Part shown: positions 51,168-63,048 of the stretch, piece after piece
Layout of the letters: every line of letters starts with the position of its first letter
Numbering within the stretch: position 1 is the stretch's first letter
Assembly (NCBI GenBank): GCA_964016885.1
Contig: CAXHJY010000465.1
Location: 1 to 63,048 of the forward strand
Length of the DNA stretch: 63,048 nucleotides
From: Eledone cirrhosa
Taxonomy: Eukaryota
Direction of reading: 5' to 3'
The notes under the pieces: generated by a model
Database searches by the model: none
What the model was told of the DNA's origin: nothing
Seen by the model: the letters and a program-made list of their open reading frames with translations, nothing else
Translations under genes and position numbers: made by a program

Positions 51168-53235
51168 GTCTCTCTCTCTTGTCTTAGTCCTCCCCTCTCT
51201 CTCTTGTCTTAGTCCTCCCCTCTCCCTCTTGTCTTAGTCCTCCCCTCTCTCTCTTGTCTTAGTCCTCCCCTCTCTCTCTTGTCTTAGTCCTCCCCTCTCT
51301 CTCTTGTCTTAGTCCTCCCCTCTCTCTCTTGTCTTAGTCCTCCCCTCTCTCTCTTGTCTTAGTCCTCCCCTCTCCCTCTTGTCTTAGTCCTCCCCTCTCT
51401 CTCTTGTCTTAGTCCTCCCCTCTCTCTCTTGTCTTAGTCCTCCCCTCTCTCTCTTGTCTTAGTCCTCCCCTCTCCCTCTTGTCTTAGTCCTCCCCTCTCT
51501 CTCTTGTCTTAGTCCTCCCCTCTCTCTCTTGTCTTAGTCCTCCCCTCTCTCTCTTGTCTTAGTCCTCCCCTCTCTCTCTTGTCTTAGTCCTCCCCTCTCT
51601 CTCTTGTCTTAGTCCGCCCCTCTCCCTCTTGTCTTAGTCCTCCCCTCTCCCTCTTGTCTTAGTCCTCCCCTCTCTCTCTTGTCTTAGTCCTCCCCTCTCT
51701 CTCTTGTCTAAGTCCTCCCCTCTCTCTCTTGTCTTAGTCCTCCCCTCTCTCTCTTGTCTTAGTCCTCCCCTCTCTCTCTTGTCTTAGTCCGCCCCTCTCC
51801 CTCTTGTCTTAGTCCTCCCCTCTCCCTCTTGTCTTAGTCCTCCCCTCTCTCTCTTGTCTTAGTCCCCCCCTCTCTCTCTTGTCTTAGTCCTCCCCTCTCC
51901 CTCTTGTCTTAGTCCTCCCCTCTCTCTCTTGTCTTAGTCCTCCCCTCTCTCTCTTGTCTTAGTCCTCCCCTCTCTCTCTTGTCTTAGTCCTCCCCTCTCC
52001 CTCTTGTCTTAATCCTCCCCTCTCTCTCTTGTCTTAGTCCTCCCCTCTCTCTCTTGTCTTAGTCCTCCCCTCTCTCTCTTGTCTTAGTCCTCCCCTCTCT
52101 CTCTTGTCTTAGTCCTCCCCTCTCTCTCTTGTCTTAGTCCGCCCCTCTCCCTCTTGTCTTAGTCCTCCCCTCTCCCTCTTGTCTTACTCCTCCCCTCTCT
52201 CTCTTGTCTTAGTCCTCCCCTCTCTCTCTTGTCTAAGTCCTCCCCTCTCTCTCTTGTCTTAGTCCTCCCCTCTCTCTCTTGTCTTAGTCCTCCCCTCTCT
52301 CTCTTGTCTTAGTCCGCCCCTCTCCCTCTTGTCTTAGTCCTCCCCTCTCCCTCTTGTCTTAGTCCTCCCCTCTCTCTCTTGTCTTAGTCCTCCCCTCTCC
52401 CTTAGTCCTCCCCTCTCTCTCTTGTCTTAGTCCTCCCCTCTCCCTTAGTCCTCCCCTCTCTCTCTTGTCTTAGTCCTCCCCTCTCTCTCTTGTCTTAGTC
52501 AGCCCCTCTCCCTCTTGTCTTAGTCCTCCCCTCTCCCTCTTGTCTTAGTCCTCCCCTCTCTCTCTTGTCTTAGTCCTCCCCTCTCCCTTAGTCCTCCCCT
52601 CTCTCTCTTGTCTTAGTCCTCCCCTCTCTCTCTTGTCTTAGTCCTCCCCTCTCCCTCTTGTCTTAGTCCTCCCCTCTCTCTCTTGTCTTAGTCCTCCCCT
52701 CTCCCTCTTGTCTTAGTCCTCCCCTCTCTCTCTTGTCTTAGTCCGCCCCTCTCCCTCTTGTCTTAGTCCTCCCCTCTCCCTCTTGTCTTAGTCCTCCCCT
52801 CTCTCTCTTGTCTAAGTCCTCCCCTCTCTCTCTTGTCTTAGTCCTCCCCTCTCTCTCTTGTCTTAGTCCTCCCCTCTCCCTCTTGTCTTAGTCCTCCCCT
52901 CTCTCTCTTGTCTTAGTCCTCCCCTCTCTCTCTTGTCTTAGTCCTCCCCTCTCCCTCTTGTCTAAGTCCTCCCCTCTCTCTCTTGTCTTAGTCCTCCCCT
53001 CTCTCTCTTGTCTAAGTCCTCCCCTCTCTCTCTTGTCTTAGTCCTCCCCTCTCTCTCTTGTCTTAGTCCGCCCCTCTCCCTCTTGTCTTAGTCCTCCCCT
53101 CTCTCTCTTGTCTTAGTCCTCCCCTCTCCCTCTTGTCTTAGTCCGCCCCTCTCCCTCTTGTCTTAGTCCTCCCCTCTCCCTCTTGTCTTAGTCCGCCCCT
53201 CTCTCTCTTGTCTTAGTCCGCCCCTCTCTCTCTTT
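51168..53235. repeat. 25-bp polypyrimidine minisatellite GTCTTAGTCCTCCCCTCTCTCTCTT, ~82 copies
   Basis: Directly visible. Confidence 0.98.
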
Positions 53236-53562
53236 TCAAATTACACCTGTTCATTGATATCAACAGATGTCCTTTTACTATTCCGACTGTTAGTGAGACC
53301 GTGAGACACCGCCGCCGCCGTTATACACGTCATCATCACCAACTACACACATCCACTCTCGACCCTCAACTTAATTAATTCTGTATCGATTTAAAGTCAA
53401 TAATCATTTTGTTGATTTACCAACTATTGAATCGGTTGTATTATAAACCACCGTTGCCATGGTATTCAACATTAATCTTTCGTTTGTGTGTCTGCGAATA
53501 TGAATATGTGTGTGTACGTTTTTGTGTGAACATAGCTATCTGAGTGTGTTTGTAAGCAAGAG

Positions 53563-53626
<64 letters not shown>

Positions 53627-53669
53627 GTATGTGTGTTTGTGTATGTCTGTATTTTAATTATTCAATCCA

Positions 53670-53870
53670 AGAAACAAAGACCATGTTTTTCGGCCACTGT
53701 ATCACCTGCTATACCCAGCCTACTGTCGGTTGTCTCCCCTGTTTGGTTCACGACACCAAACACTTTCAGAATGTGTCACCCAATCCTTCCCTCACAGAAT
53801 CACAACAATTTTCAACAGATATCAAGTAAGGACTTGCTTGGGTTAATGTCTGAAGGGAAAATGTAGGGAA
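53670..53870 (+). pseudogene. Decayed RTE-like LINE C-terminal fragment
   Basis: FGHCITCYTQP..HD..DI..KDLLGLMSE resembles RTE GHC.R..QP...HG...D.G...DL...M.DR. Confidence 0.4.
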
Positions 53871-53904
53871 AGAGAACGCTATTGTTATTATTTAGCTATA
53901 GGAC

Positions 53905-54085
53905 AGAGCGGTAGATTGGCAGTATCGGCAGAGCATCCTACAACAAGATTTGCTGCATATAGTTACGTTCCAAGTTCAAATCCCGCTGAGGCTAGCTTTG
54001 CCTTTCATCCTTACAAGGTCGATAAAATATAGTACCAGTAACGCAGTGGGGTCGATTTAATCAACTTTCCCTAAATCAGAAACCA
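53905..54085 (+). mobile_element. SINE family A
   Basis: GATTGGCAGTATCGGCAGAG..AAGTTCAAATCCCGCTGAGG..GGTCGATAAAATATAGTACCAG. Confidence 0.82.
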
Positions 54086-54169
54086 GGTGAGTATTTTGTT
54101 GTTATTTCTAGCAAATCAAAACACGCTCATAAAATTCTAGGTAAGAAAGATTGAGTTGAAATTTTCGTG

Positions 54170-54409
54170 AGGAATGTGTTGTCATGAAACACTCACCCTT
54201 TTGGAGATATTTTAAGGGCAAAACCAACCGGCAGGTGACCCAGGGGTAGACTCTGAGCAAGATAGTTAGATAACATCCAGGAGCTCGGCTGGTCTTGTTT
54301 GATCCAATTGGATCAATTGGAGACGGTTGCTTCTGAGAGGATCCGCTGGAAGGAGTGTTTCAGGACTCTGTCTCTACGACTCTCCCACGAATAAGTAGGT
54401 GAAGAAGAT

Positions 54410-54410
<1 letters not shown>
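54170..54410 (+). pseudogene. RTE (Expander/Rex3-like) LINE 3' end, decayed
   Basis: ILRAKPTGR*PRGRL*AR*LDNIQELGWSCL..LETVASERIRWKECFRTLSLR; two TGA stops consistent with CGA-to-TGA decay; ends at (TA)n. Confidence 0.75.
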
Positions 54411-54444
<34 letters not shown>

Positions 54445-54959
54445 TGGTGTGTGTGTTGGTGTGTGTGTTGGTGTGTGTGTGTGTGTGTGCATGTCTCGTA
54501 ATATTCCACAAAAAAAAGAGATCGATAAGAGAAGTATCAGACTTGAATAAAACCCAATACTGTGATCAATATAATCGATTTAATCCATTTAAGGTGGTGT
54601 CCCACCTGGCTGCAGTCTAATGACTTAAACCAACAAAACAATTCTTTTTGCTATCCTTTCCTTCTGTGTTTAATGATATTATATATTATCACAGATTTTT
54701 AGCGTACAATTATACAAAACTATGTCACATACGTCACAATGTAATGTATTTATTTGGAGTAGAGGACCCAGTTTCAAATCGCACTACATCCCTTAGGGCT
54801 TAGCTATATCTAGTCGTGAGATATCAAACTTTGCTACCTTCATAGATCTTATTTTCAAAATTTAAGGTTGTTAAAGAGCCATTAACTTCTCATAAGCTCA
54901 TAGGGCGCCGTCCTGACACGGCGTTTCTGACTTTTTTAAACAGGGAGGAATAGAACCAA

Positions 54960-55360
54960 TTTCTTCCAGAGAAGGAGACAGATATAGAATTGACCCCAGT
55001 ACCAGGCTAGTACTTTATTTATCGTTCTTGAAACGAGGTCAAAGTCGATTTCGGTGGGATTTGAACGCATACCGCAGTGAGCTGGAACAAATATCGGGGC
55101 ATTTTTAATCCAACACCCAAATTCACCGTCGTCATACAATACTTTATGGAGTGATATAGTCCCGTGGAGACGCCGTTGTGATATCCAGCGTTTCTTGGTC
55201 ATATTAAGCCTCACGGAGTCCATCTCGCCTCTAAACCTAACTCCAGTATATTTCTTCGAAAGAAAGATAAAAATGTACCAAAGTTGACCTCGACTGGATT
55301 TGAACTCAGAGTCAGAATAACGAGTACCACAAATCCTTTTATCCGACGTTCAACGACTCA
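54960..55360 (-). mobile_element. Two diverged SINE A copies
   Basis: CCCCAGTACCAGGCTAGTACTTTATTTATCG..GGGATTTGAACG; AAAGTTGACCTCGACTGGATTTGAACTCAG. Confidence 0.62.
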
Positions 55361-55622
55361 ATTCTTATATGACCTTATATGACAATATATAATTGTTAGC
55401 CAGCGATATCCACCGACATTAGCCTATGGCTATGTACGAAAATCAGTAGGAGCGACGATAATATACTATGACTGTAAGTCTTTCAACCTAATCTGTCTGA
55501 TTCTGTACGTGTGTCAACTTCTAATGGTCTTGTGGCAGTGATATTCCTCTTAACAATCTCATTGATTGCAGACGATCCCACTGTTCAAGCAATGTATATT
55601 CTCTCTCTCTCTCTCTCTCTCT

Positions 55623-55698
<76 letters not shown>

Positions 55699-55919
55699 GT
55701 GTGTGTGTGTGTGTGTATCTGTGTTTGTGTGTATGTGTGTGTTGCCAAAACGTGTTTTCCCCATGAAATCTTACCGTTATGAGTTCTACAATAGTCTTTC
55801 ACTTCACATGTACACACAAAAGCCAATTTAAGTCGTTTCCGCATATATGCAACACACATGCATTTATATGCCAACAGTGACACACACACACACGCGCGCA
55901 CGCACATACGCACACACAC

Positions 55920-56011
<92 letters not shown>

Positions 56012-56074
56012 CTGAAACTATCATTGTATTTATGTGTTGCTGTTAAACCGTTATTTCTGTGTCTGTAGGATTGT

Positions 56075-56335
56075 ATGTGTTGTGTATATATACGGTGTAT
56101 ATAGTACGTATGGATGCATGCGTGTATGTGTTGTGTATATATACGGTGTATATAGTACGTATGGATGCATGCGTGCATGTGTTGTGTATATATACGGTGT
56201 ATATAGTACGTATGGATGCATGCGTGTATGTGTTGTGTATATATACGGTGTATATAGTATGTATGGATGCATGCATGTATGTGTTGTGTATATATACGGT
56301 GTATATAGTACGTATGGATGCATGCGTGTATGTGT
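56075..56335. repeat. 51-bp minisatellite, 5 copies
   Basis: ATGTGTTGTGTATATATACGGTGTATATAGTACGTATGGATGCATGCGTGT. Confidence 0.95.
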
Positions 56336-56420
56336 GCATGTATATTTGTATTTGTGTGTATGTGAGTGTACGCTCGAAGTTTTCATTTTTTTATGCAGTT
56401 GCGTATCTCTGTGTATGCAT

Positions 56421-56462
<42 letters not shown>

Positions 56463-56514
56463 TCCGTGCTTTTTTCTGTAGTTTCGTATCTTTATATTGA
56501 CACGAGTGGAAGTT

Positions 56515-56657
56515 TGTTTAACCTCCCAAGTTCCCTATAGAAGCTACAACAATAAAGCTCTGTTTAACCTCCCAAGTTCCCTATAGAACCTACAACAATA
56601 AAGCTATGTTTAACCTCCCAAGTTCCCTATAGATGCTACAACAATAAAGCTATGTTT
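56515..56657. repeat. 46-bp tandem repeat, 3 copies
   Basis: TGTTTAACCTCCCAAGTTCCCTATAGAAGCTACAACAATAAAGCTC. Confidence 0.93.
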
Positions 56658-57087
56658 TCACAAAGGCATTTGCCTCTGACTTTTAAACATTCCGTTTACA
56701 CTGCACGAACATTTGTGCCGGAAGCTAAACGGTCGGAATCTAATGTTATTCATTCAATCTGTTATGGCCACCTTAAATAATATTCTTTTAGTCTTCCATC
56801 GGAAATATCTTCACGACACTACCACAGGGAACAATGTAAATATCACATTTGCTTGCGAAAACCGAAAATATCAAAGCGTTTCTTTTAAAAAGATATAACA
56901 ATGAAGAATAAAAGGAAATAGCTAAATAAATATGATTTAATCATATGAATAAACAGATGGATTTGGTGGTGTTTCTTTTTGTGGATGATATTGTTGCTTT
57001 TGTTAGTGGCATAGAAAATGATTGCTCCTCGGTTTGAAACTAAAGTATTATATTGATAGCTTAACTGCTTTCCTCACGTTGCGCTTC

Positions 57088-57300
57088 CGGCAGTAGAATC
57101 AGCAGAGCGTCGGACAATATGCTTTGCGGTATAAAGTTATGGCCCTTTATGTTCTGAGTTCAAATCTCGCCGAGGTCAACTTTGTCTTTAATCTTTCCGA
57201 GGTCGATAAAATAAAGTATCAATCAAATACTGGGGTTCAATTTAATAGACTTTCCACTCCCTTAAACCAGATTTACTGGCCTTGTGTCTAAAGTAGAATT
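57088..57300 (+). mobile_element. SINE family A
   Basis: GAGTTCAAATCTCGCCGAGGTCAACTTTG..GAGGTCGATAAAATAAAGTA. Confidence 0.8.
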
Positions 57301-57302
57301 AG

Positions 57303-57610
57303 AAGGCACGTTGCTCAATGGTTAAGGGGTTCACCTCACGATCAAAACGCCATGAATTAGATTCCCAGCGGTCCGTTGTCTCCTTGAGCAAGATACTTTA
57401 TTTCATGGCGCTCCATCTTATTTAGCAAGCAAAAGTGAGTTGTAACTGTAATCTAAATGACCAGACATGCCACGTAATATGTCATGCTGAATCTCCCTGA
57501 GAATTATGCTAAGGATACACAAGGGATGCTCAACCACTTAGACGTTAATTTCACGAGCAGGCTATTCCATTATCAAACAACTGGAACACACGGTGTCTGA
57601 ACCAACGACT
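57303..57610 (+). mobile_element. CORE-like SINE
   Basis: AAGGCACGTTGCTCAATGGTTAAGG..CTCCTTGAGCAAGATACTTTATTTC..GCTGAATCTCCCTGAGAA..TTAATTTCACGAGCAGGCT. Confidence 0.75.
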
Positions 57611-57623
57611 GTTCAACAACAAA

Positions 57624-58368
57624 TACACACCCACCTTCACATACATGTTGTCACTGACCAGTAACACACCCACCTTCACATACATGTTGTCACTGACCAG
57701 TAACACACCCACCTTCACATACATGTTGTCACTGACCAGTAACACACCCACCTTCACATTCATGTTGTCACTGACCAGTAACACACCCACCTTCACATTC
57801 ATGTTGTCACTGACCAGTAACACACCCACCTTCACATACATGTTGTCACTGACCAGTAACACACCCACCTTCACATACATGTTGTCACTGACCAGTAACA
57901 CACCCACCTTCACATTCATGTTGTCACTGACCAGTAACACACCCACCTTCACATACATGTTGTCACTGACCAGTAACACACCCACCTTCACATACATGTT
58001 GTCACTGACCAGTAACACACCCACCTTCACATACATGTTGTCACTGACCAGTAACACACCCACCTTCACATTCATGTTGTCACTGACCAGTAACACACCC
58101 ACCTTCACATACATGTTGTCACTGACCAGTAACACACCCACCTTCACATACATGTTGTCACTGACCAGTAACACACCCACCTTCACATTCATGTTGTCAC
58201 TGACCAGTAACACACCCACCTTCACATACATGTTGTCACTGACCAGTAACACACCCACCTTCACATACATGTTGTCACTGACCAGTAACACACCCACCTT
58301 CACATACATGTTGTCACTGACCAGTAACACACCCACCTTCACATACATCACCTATTGTCACTGACCAG
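57624..58368. repeat. 39-bp minisatellite, ~19 copies
   Basis: ACACACCCACCTTCACATACATGTTGTCACTGACCAGTA. Confidence 0.97.
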
Positions 58369-58521
58369 TTAGAACTATTAAAGCTATTTTATGGTAACGT
58401 CCATCTTCTTCTTCACACAGCTCTATCCTCCCCCTACTCACACTACCACTCTGTTTACTATCTTAACCCCCCCCCCACACCGAGTCTTCCCCTATACTGT
58501 GACTATTATTGAATGTTAGTC

Positions 58522-58570
58522 CTTGTCTCATGACCCTGATTATAATCAGGCAAAACTCCAGAGTAACAAG
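58522..58570 (+). ncRNA. Decayed type I hammerhead (core substitutions)
   Basis: CTTGT-CTCATGA-C CCTGATT AT AATCAGG C-AAAA-CTC CA GAG-TA-ACAAG; all three stems pair, G5 and G12 altered. Confidence 0.55.
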
Positions 58571-58679
58571 ACTCACTATTTAGCCTTAATAAAATGAATA
58601 TCTAAACTCTACTTCGGTATTGAGTACTCTTATCTCTCAGACGTCAACCACATACGGGTATATATATATATATATATAT

Positions 58680-58873
58680 ATGAAAATGTTCAGGACCCCG
58701 ACGGCTGAGCTCCGACCCTTTCAACAGTTAGATCCGAACTGTTCGGATCTAACTGTTGAAACGGTCGGAGGTCATCCGTTGGGGTCCTGAACTTTTTCAT
58801 ATTGCTTACTCTACTACCCCAAGTATTGAGTACTCTGGTGGGTAATGGTCTAACTGGCTTTTACCGCCCCCAT

Positions 58874-58878
<5 letters not shown>
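58680..58878 (+). mobile_element. PLE-type 3' fragment with a fold-back inversion (palindrome 58680-58800)
   Basis: Centre AGATCCGAAC-T-GTTCGGATCT; half-HHR in both arms; flanked by (TA)n. Confidence 0.72.
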
Positions 58879-58961
<83 letters not shown>

Positions 58962-58964
<3 letters not shown>

Positions 58965-59143
58965 ACATTTTTTCCAATTCCAAGCCGCCCGTCCCCTCAA
59001 TGTATCTTATTTCTGATTCTTTCTTCTGATGAAGGACTAGCGTCCGAAACGTTAAGACCCTCTTCCTGCTGTATCGAGCGTTAACCTAATATATCCCTTC
59101 CATATACTGTACCGATTGTGTTGTTATTTCTGTTTATCTTTTA
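58962..59143 (+). mobile_element. Solo pLTR-type fragment with HHR within (TA)n
   Basis: Homologous to 23082-23243. Confidence 0.75.
59022..59057 (+). ncRNA. Minimal type I hammerhead ribozyme
   Basis: TCTT-CTGATGA-A GGAC TAGC GTCC-GAAACGTT-AAGA; stem I TCTT/AAGA, stem II GGAC/GTCC, palindromic ACGT stem III. Confidence 0.8.
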
Positions 59144-59144
59144 C

Positions 59145-59189
<45 letters not shown>

Positions 59190-59206
59190 CATATATATAT
59201 ATATAT

Positions 59207-59430
<224 letters not shown>

Positions 59431-59655
59431 TATACACGTGTCAACACAATTCGGAAGTAATATCTAGCGAAAGTTTACACTAACCTTTCAAAGGTAAGCT
59501 ATGTTCTCACATAGTATTATTTATTTCAGTGTCCTGGTCACATATGGACCGTCTCATATTTTCTATATTCTGCATGGTGTAGCCATAGTAATATTCTACA
59601 CGGAATCACAAGGACAGTTTTTACTCTGATAAAGCGAAAATGGTCGCCGAAATGT

Positions 59656-59724
<69 letters not shown>

Positions 59725-60012
59725 CTCACAGACTCACACACACCCTCACACACAAACACACCCTCACACACACGCACACCGTCACACACAAACACACACC
59801 CTCACACACATACACCCTCACACATACATGCACCCTCATACACCCACACACACACCCTCATACACCCTCACACTCTCACACACACACACCCTCACACCCA
59901 CACACCCACACACCCTCTCACCCACATATATCAATATATGTATTACAGTTATAGCATAGAGTGTTAATATTGCTACCTTCCTCAGTGAACCATAAAATCT
60001 ACCGAATCACCT

Positions 60013-60063
<51 letters not shown>

Positions 60064-60065
<2 letters not shown>

Positions 60066-60291
60066 CGAAGGAAATGTGGTAAGGAACCAGATGGACCATA
60101 ACGCACCAAAGTACTCAATACTTAGGGTAGTAGAGTGGGTAATAGGAACAGGTAGGACCCCGACGGCTGAGCTCAAGCCGTTTCGACGGCTAATTCTGGA
60201 CAGCTAATTCTGGACAGAATTAGCCGTCCAGAATCAGTCCAGAATTAGCCGTCGAAACGGCTTGAGCTCAGCCGTCGGGGTCCTACTTGTT

Positions 60292-60296
<5 letters not shown>
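60064..60296 (-). mobile_element. PLE-type 3' fragment with a fold-back inversion and scrambled junction
   Basis: Arms 60142-60201 and 60237-60296; GAAACGGCT-TGAGCTC-AGCCGTC-GGGGTCC half-HHR; flanked by (TA)n. Confidence 0.72.
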
Positions 60297-60363
<67 letters not shown>

Positions 60364-60374
60364 AACACACCCAT

Positions 60375-60573
60375 ATACACACACACACTTTCTCTCTCTC
60401 TCTGATACACACCCAGCCAGCCACACACACACACTCTCTCTCTCTCTCTGATACACACCCAGCCAGCCACACACACACACTCTCTCTCTCTCTCTCTGAT
60501 ACACACCCAGCCAGCCACACACACACACTCTCTCTCTCTCTCTCTGATACATACCCAGCCAGCCACACACACA

Positions 60574-60617
<44 letters not shown>

Positions 60618-60745
60618 CACACCCAGCCAGCCACACACACTCCCCTCTCTCTCTATCTGTGATACCCCCCCCACTCTCTGATACCCCCCCACACACACCC
60701 TCTCTCACTCTCTCTCTCTGATACACCCCCAGCCACCCCCACACA
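60375..60745. repeat. TGATACACACCCAGCCAGC-(CA)n-(CT)n variable repeat
   Basis: Directly visible. Confidence 0.9.
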
Positions 60746-60857
60746 CAAGCATGTATATGTTTGGCAACTGATGGAAGGACGTCTGCCGGGTGTCAGTATA
60801 TTGGACGGCAAGACGTTCTCGCCAGTAAAAAGAGTTTTGCAATAGTAATGTTTCTCA

Positions 60858-60955
60858 TTAACTTTGCCTTTCATCCTTACGGGGTCGATAAAATAAAGTA
60901 CCAGTAATACACTGAGATAATTGCTGGCCTTGTGCCAAAAGTAGAAACAATTATA
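60858..60955 (+). mobile_element. SINE A, 3' half
   Basis: TTAACTTTGCCTTTCATCCTTACGGGGTCGATAAAATAAAGTACCAG. Confidence 0.85.
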
Positions 60956-61065
60956 ATAATGTATTGTTAATGATGTAGACTCCCTCCACAACTTGACCTC
61001 AACTCTACTTCATTCTATACCTTATCTCCATTGATGTACTGGGGGGTTGGAATCATCACTCTCTC

Positions 61066-61099
<34 letters not shown>

Positions 61100-61184
61100 C
61101 GCGTGTGTGTGTGTGTGTGTGCGTGTTTGTTTGTGTGCGTGTGCGTGTGTGTGCGTGTGAGTGTGTGTGTGCGTGTGTGTGTGT

Positions 61185-61521
61185 GAAGGCGCATGGCTTA
61201 GTGGTTAGAGCATTGGGCTTGCAATTGAGAGGTTGTGAATTCGATTCTCGGACCGGGTGTTGCGTTGTTTCCTTGAGCAAGTCACTTTATTTCACGTTGC
61301 TCCAGTTTACTCAGCTGTAGAAATGAGTTGTGACGTCACTGGTGCCAAGCTGTATCGGCCATTGCCTTTCCCTTGGACCTCATCAGTGGCGTGGAGAGGG
61401 AGTCTGGTATGCATGGGGGACTATTGGTCTTCCACAAACAACCTTGCCTGGACTTGTGCCTCGGAGGAAAACTTTCTAGGTGCAAATGGTCATTCGTGGC
61501 CGACTGGGGCCAGCGCAAAGC
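61185..61521 (+). mobile_element. CORE-like tRNA SINE family B, apparently full length
   Basis: GAAGGCGCATGGCTTAGTGGTTAGAGC (A box), GAATTCGATTCTC (B box), TTCCTTGAGCAAGTCACTTTA (CORE-like); flanked by microsatellites. Confidence 0.85.
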
Positions 61522-61590
61522 TATATATATATATGTATATATATAGTGACGAAACATAAGTCAATTGCATGAACTCATAATCCTTTATTT

Positions 61591-61646
61591 ACTGGTATAT
61601 ATATTTCGATGATAGCCATTGAATGGCTATGACCTCATCAGGCAGT
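61591..61646 (-). ncRNA. Type I hammerhead ribozyme
   Basis: Minus strand ACTGC-CTGATGA-GGTC ATAGCCAT TCA ATGGCTAT CATC-GAAATATATATA-CCAGT; element ends at (TA)n near 61545. Confidence 0.68.
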
Positions 61647-61714
61647 TAGTCAGTTCTTAGATATGCCAGCTCTGTGTATATGTCTTGGGACATATATATA
61701 TATATATATAAATG

Positions 61715-61945
61715 TAAGTATGTATGTATACGTACATACATATATGTATACAGACGTACAGTAGCATGCATATATATATATATATACATACAGGTACACA
61801 TACATATATGTTGAACAAAAAGTTGACGTGGTTGCCTTAACACCGTACGGCATAAATTCCAGCTGTTCAGTTTGTTTACAAACGAACAAAGCGGGCGTTA
61901 TAATAAGCGTCCGCTAAACTGATACGTACATATATGTATGTGTAC

Positions 61946-62008
<63 letters not shown>

Positions 62009-62430
62009 TGCTACTGTACGTCTGTATACATATATGTATGTACGTATACATACATTCTTACATTTAAGTAAGTGCCGTACTAAGAGTGAGAAATGAAATT
62101 TCGTTTTCATTTTATTACAACTTATCGTTTTCGGTACGCCTGGCCGAACTCACTCGATATGCAAATTAGGCTGCTCAGCCGTTAATTTTCACAAGGAAAG
62201 TATATACTTTCGAACGTTCAACCATCTGGCAGAAGGGTATACGGTGCTAACAAGCTTGAAACTAGTACATCGTTCCTGTGTCAGTGTTGAACAAAAAGGT
62301 GACGTGGTTGCCTTAACACCGTACGGCATAAATTCAGGCTGTTCAGTTTGTTTACAAACGAACAAATCGGGCGTTATAATAAGCGTCCGCTAAACTGATA
62401 CGTACATATATGTATGTGTACCTGTATGTA

Positions 62431-62463
<33 letters not shown>

Positions 62464-62580
62464 GCTTGCTACTGTACGTCTGTATACATATATGTATGTA
62501 CGTATACATACATACTTACATTTAAGTAAGTGCCGTACTAAGAGTGAGAAATGAAATTTCGTTTTCATTTTATTACAACA
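61715..62580 (+). mobile_element. Second locus of the tandem HHR unit: inverted fragment (61715-61810) plus ~1.6 units, HHR core deleted
   Basis: Homologous to 6960-7740; 62241 ACGGTGCT-AACAAGCTTGAAACTAGTACATCG lacks GATGATAGCT. Confidence 0.8.
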
Positions 62581-62589
62581 TATATATAT

Positions 62590-62652
62590 ATTCTCTTTTA
62601 CTCTTTTACCTGTTTCAGCCATCCGGCTGAGGCCATGCTGGGGCACCGCCCT
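62590..62652 (-). mobile_element. SINE 3' tail fragment
   Basis: TGTTTCAGCCATCCGGCTGAGGCCATGCTGGGGCACCGCC; related + copy at about 54590-54635. Confidence 0.55.
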
Positions 62653-62655
62653 TGG

Positions 62656-62860
<205 letters not shown>

Positions 62861-63048
62861 ATTAGCTTCTACAGAACTAGAACAGTTTCATTCGTATGAG
62901 AAAGTTCTAGTCTTTCAAAAGTCCTTTTCTATATATAATAAAGAGGCTTATAATCTACCAATGTACTGAGGACGCTTTATATAGGACACATATATATATA
63001 TAAATATATATAATGTATGTATATATATATAGTTTATACACGGCTCAG

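Noticed and set aside
57551-58364. 266-aa and 239-aa ORFs with 13-aa repeats
   Set aside because: A 39-bp array open on both strands, with no splice or domain evidence
61185-61260. tRNA genes
   Set aside because: tRNA-like heads lack a full cloverleaf and continue into SINE bodies

Overview
AT-rich eukaryotic DNA dominated by repeats, most likely a cephalopod (Octopus-like) intergenic or intronic region; this is inferred from the tRNA-derived SINE families and the extreme microsatellite load. I can support no host protein-coding exon, and almost all ORFs in the track are translations of micro- or minisatellites. The real coding remnants all come from retroelements: two Penelope-like (PLE) GIY-YIG endonuclease 3' ends, RLE fragments of R4/Dong and CRE type, and RTE-clade 3' ends. 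There is also a non-autonomous Helitron, more than 25 SINE copies and several large tandem arrays. The main hidden signal is a dense set of type I hammerhead ribozymes (HHRs): about 12 full or decayed motifs plus 3 half-motifs from roughly 9 distinct sequence families, nearly all in short elements ending at (TA)n, (CA)n or (GA)n tracts. These include a 516-nt tandem HHR unit (retrozyme-like, possible circRNA source, present at two loci), a U3-A8 covariant catalytic core, an HHR with a roughly 75-nt stem II, and recurrent fold-back inversions that break inside HHR stem II. A candidate HDV-like ribozyme heads an internally deleted RTE element. All folds were read by eye and have not been computed or tested.
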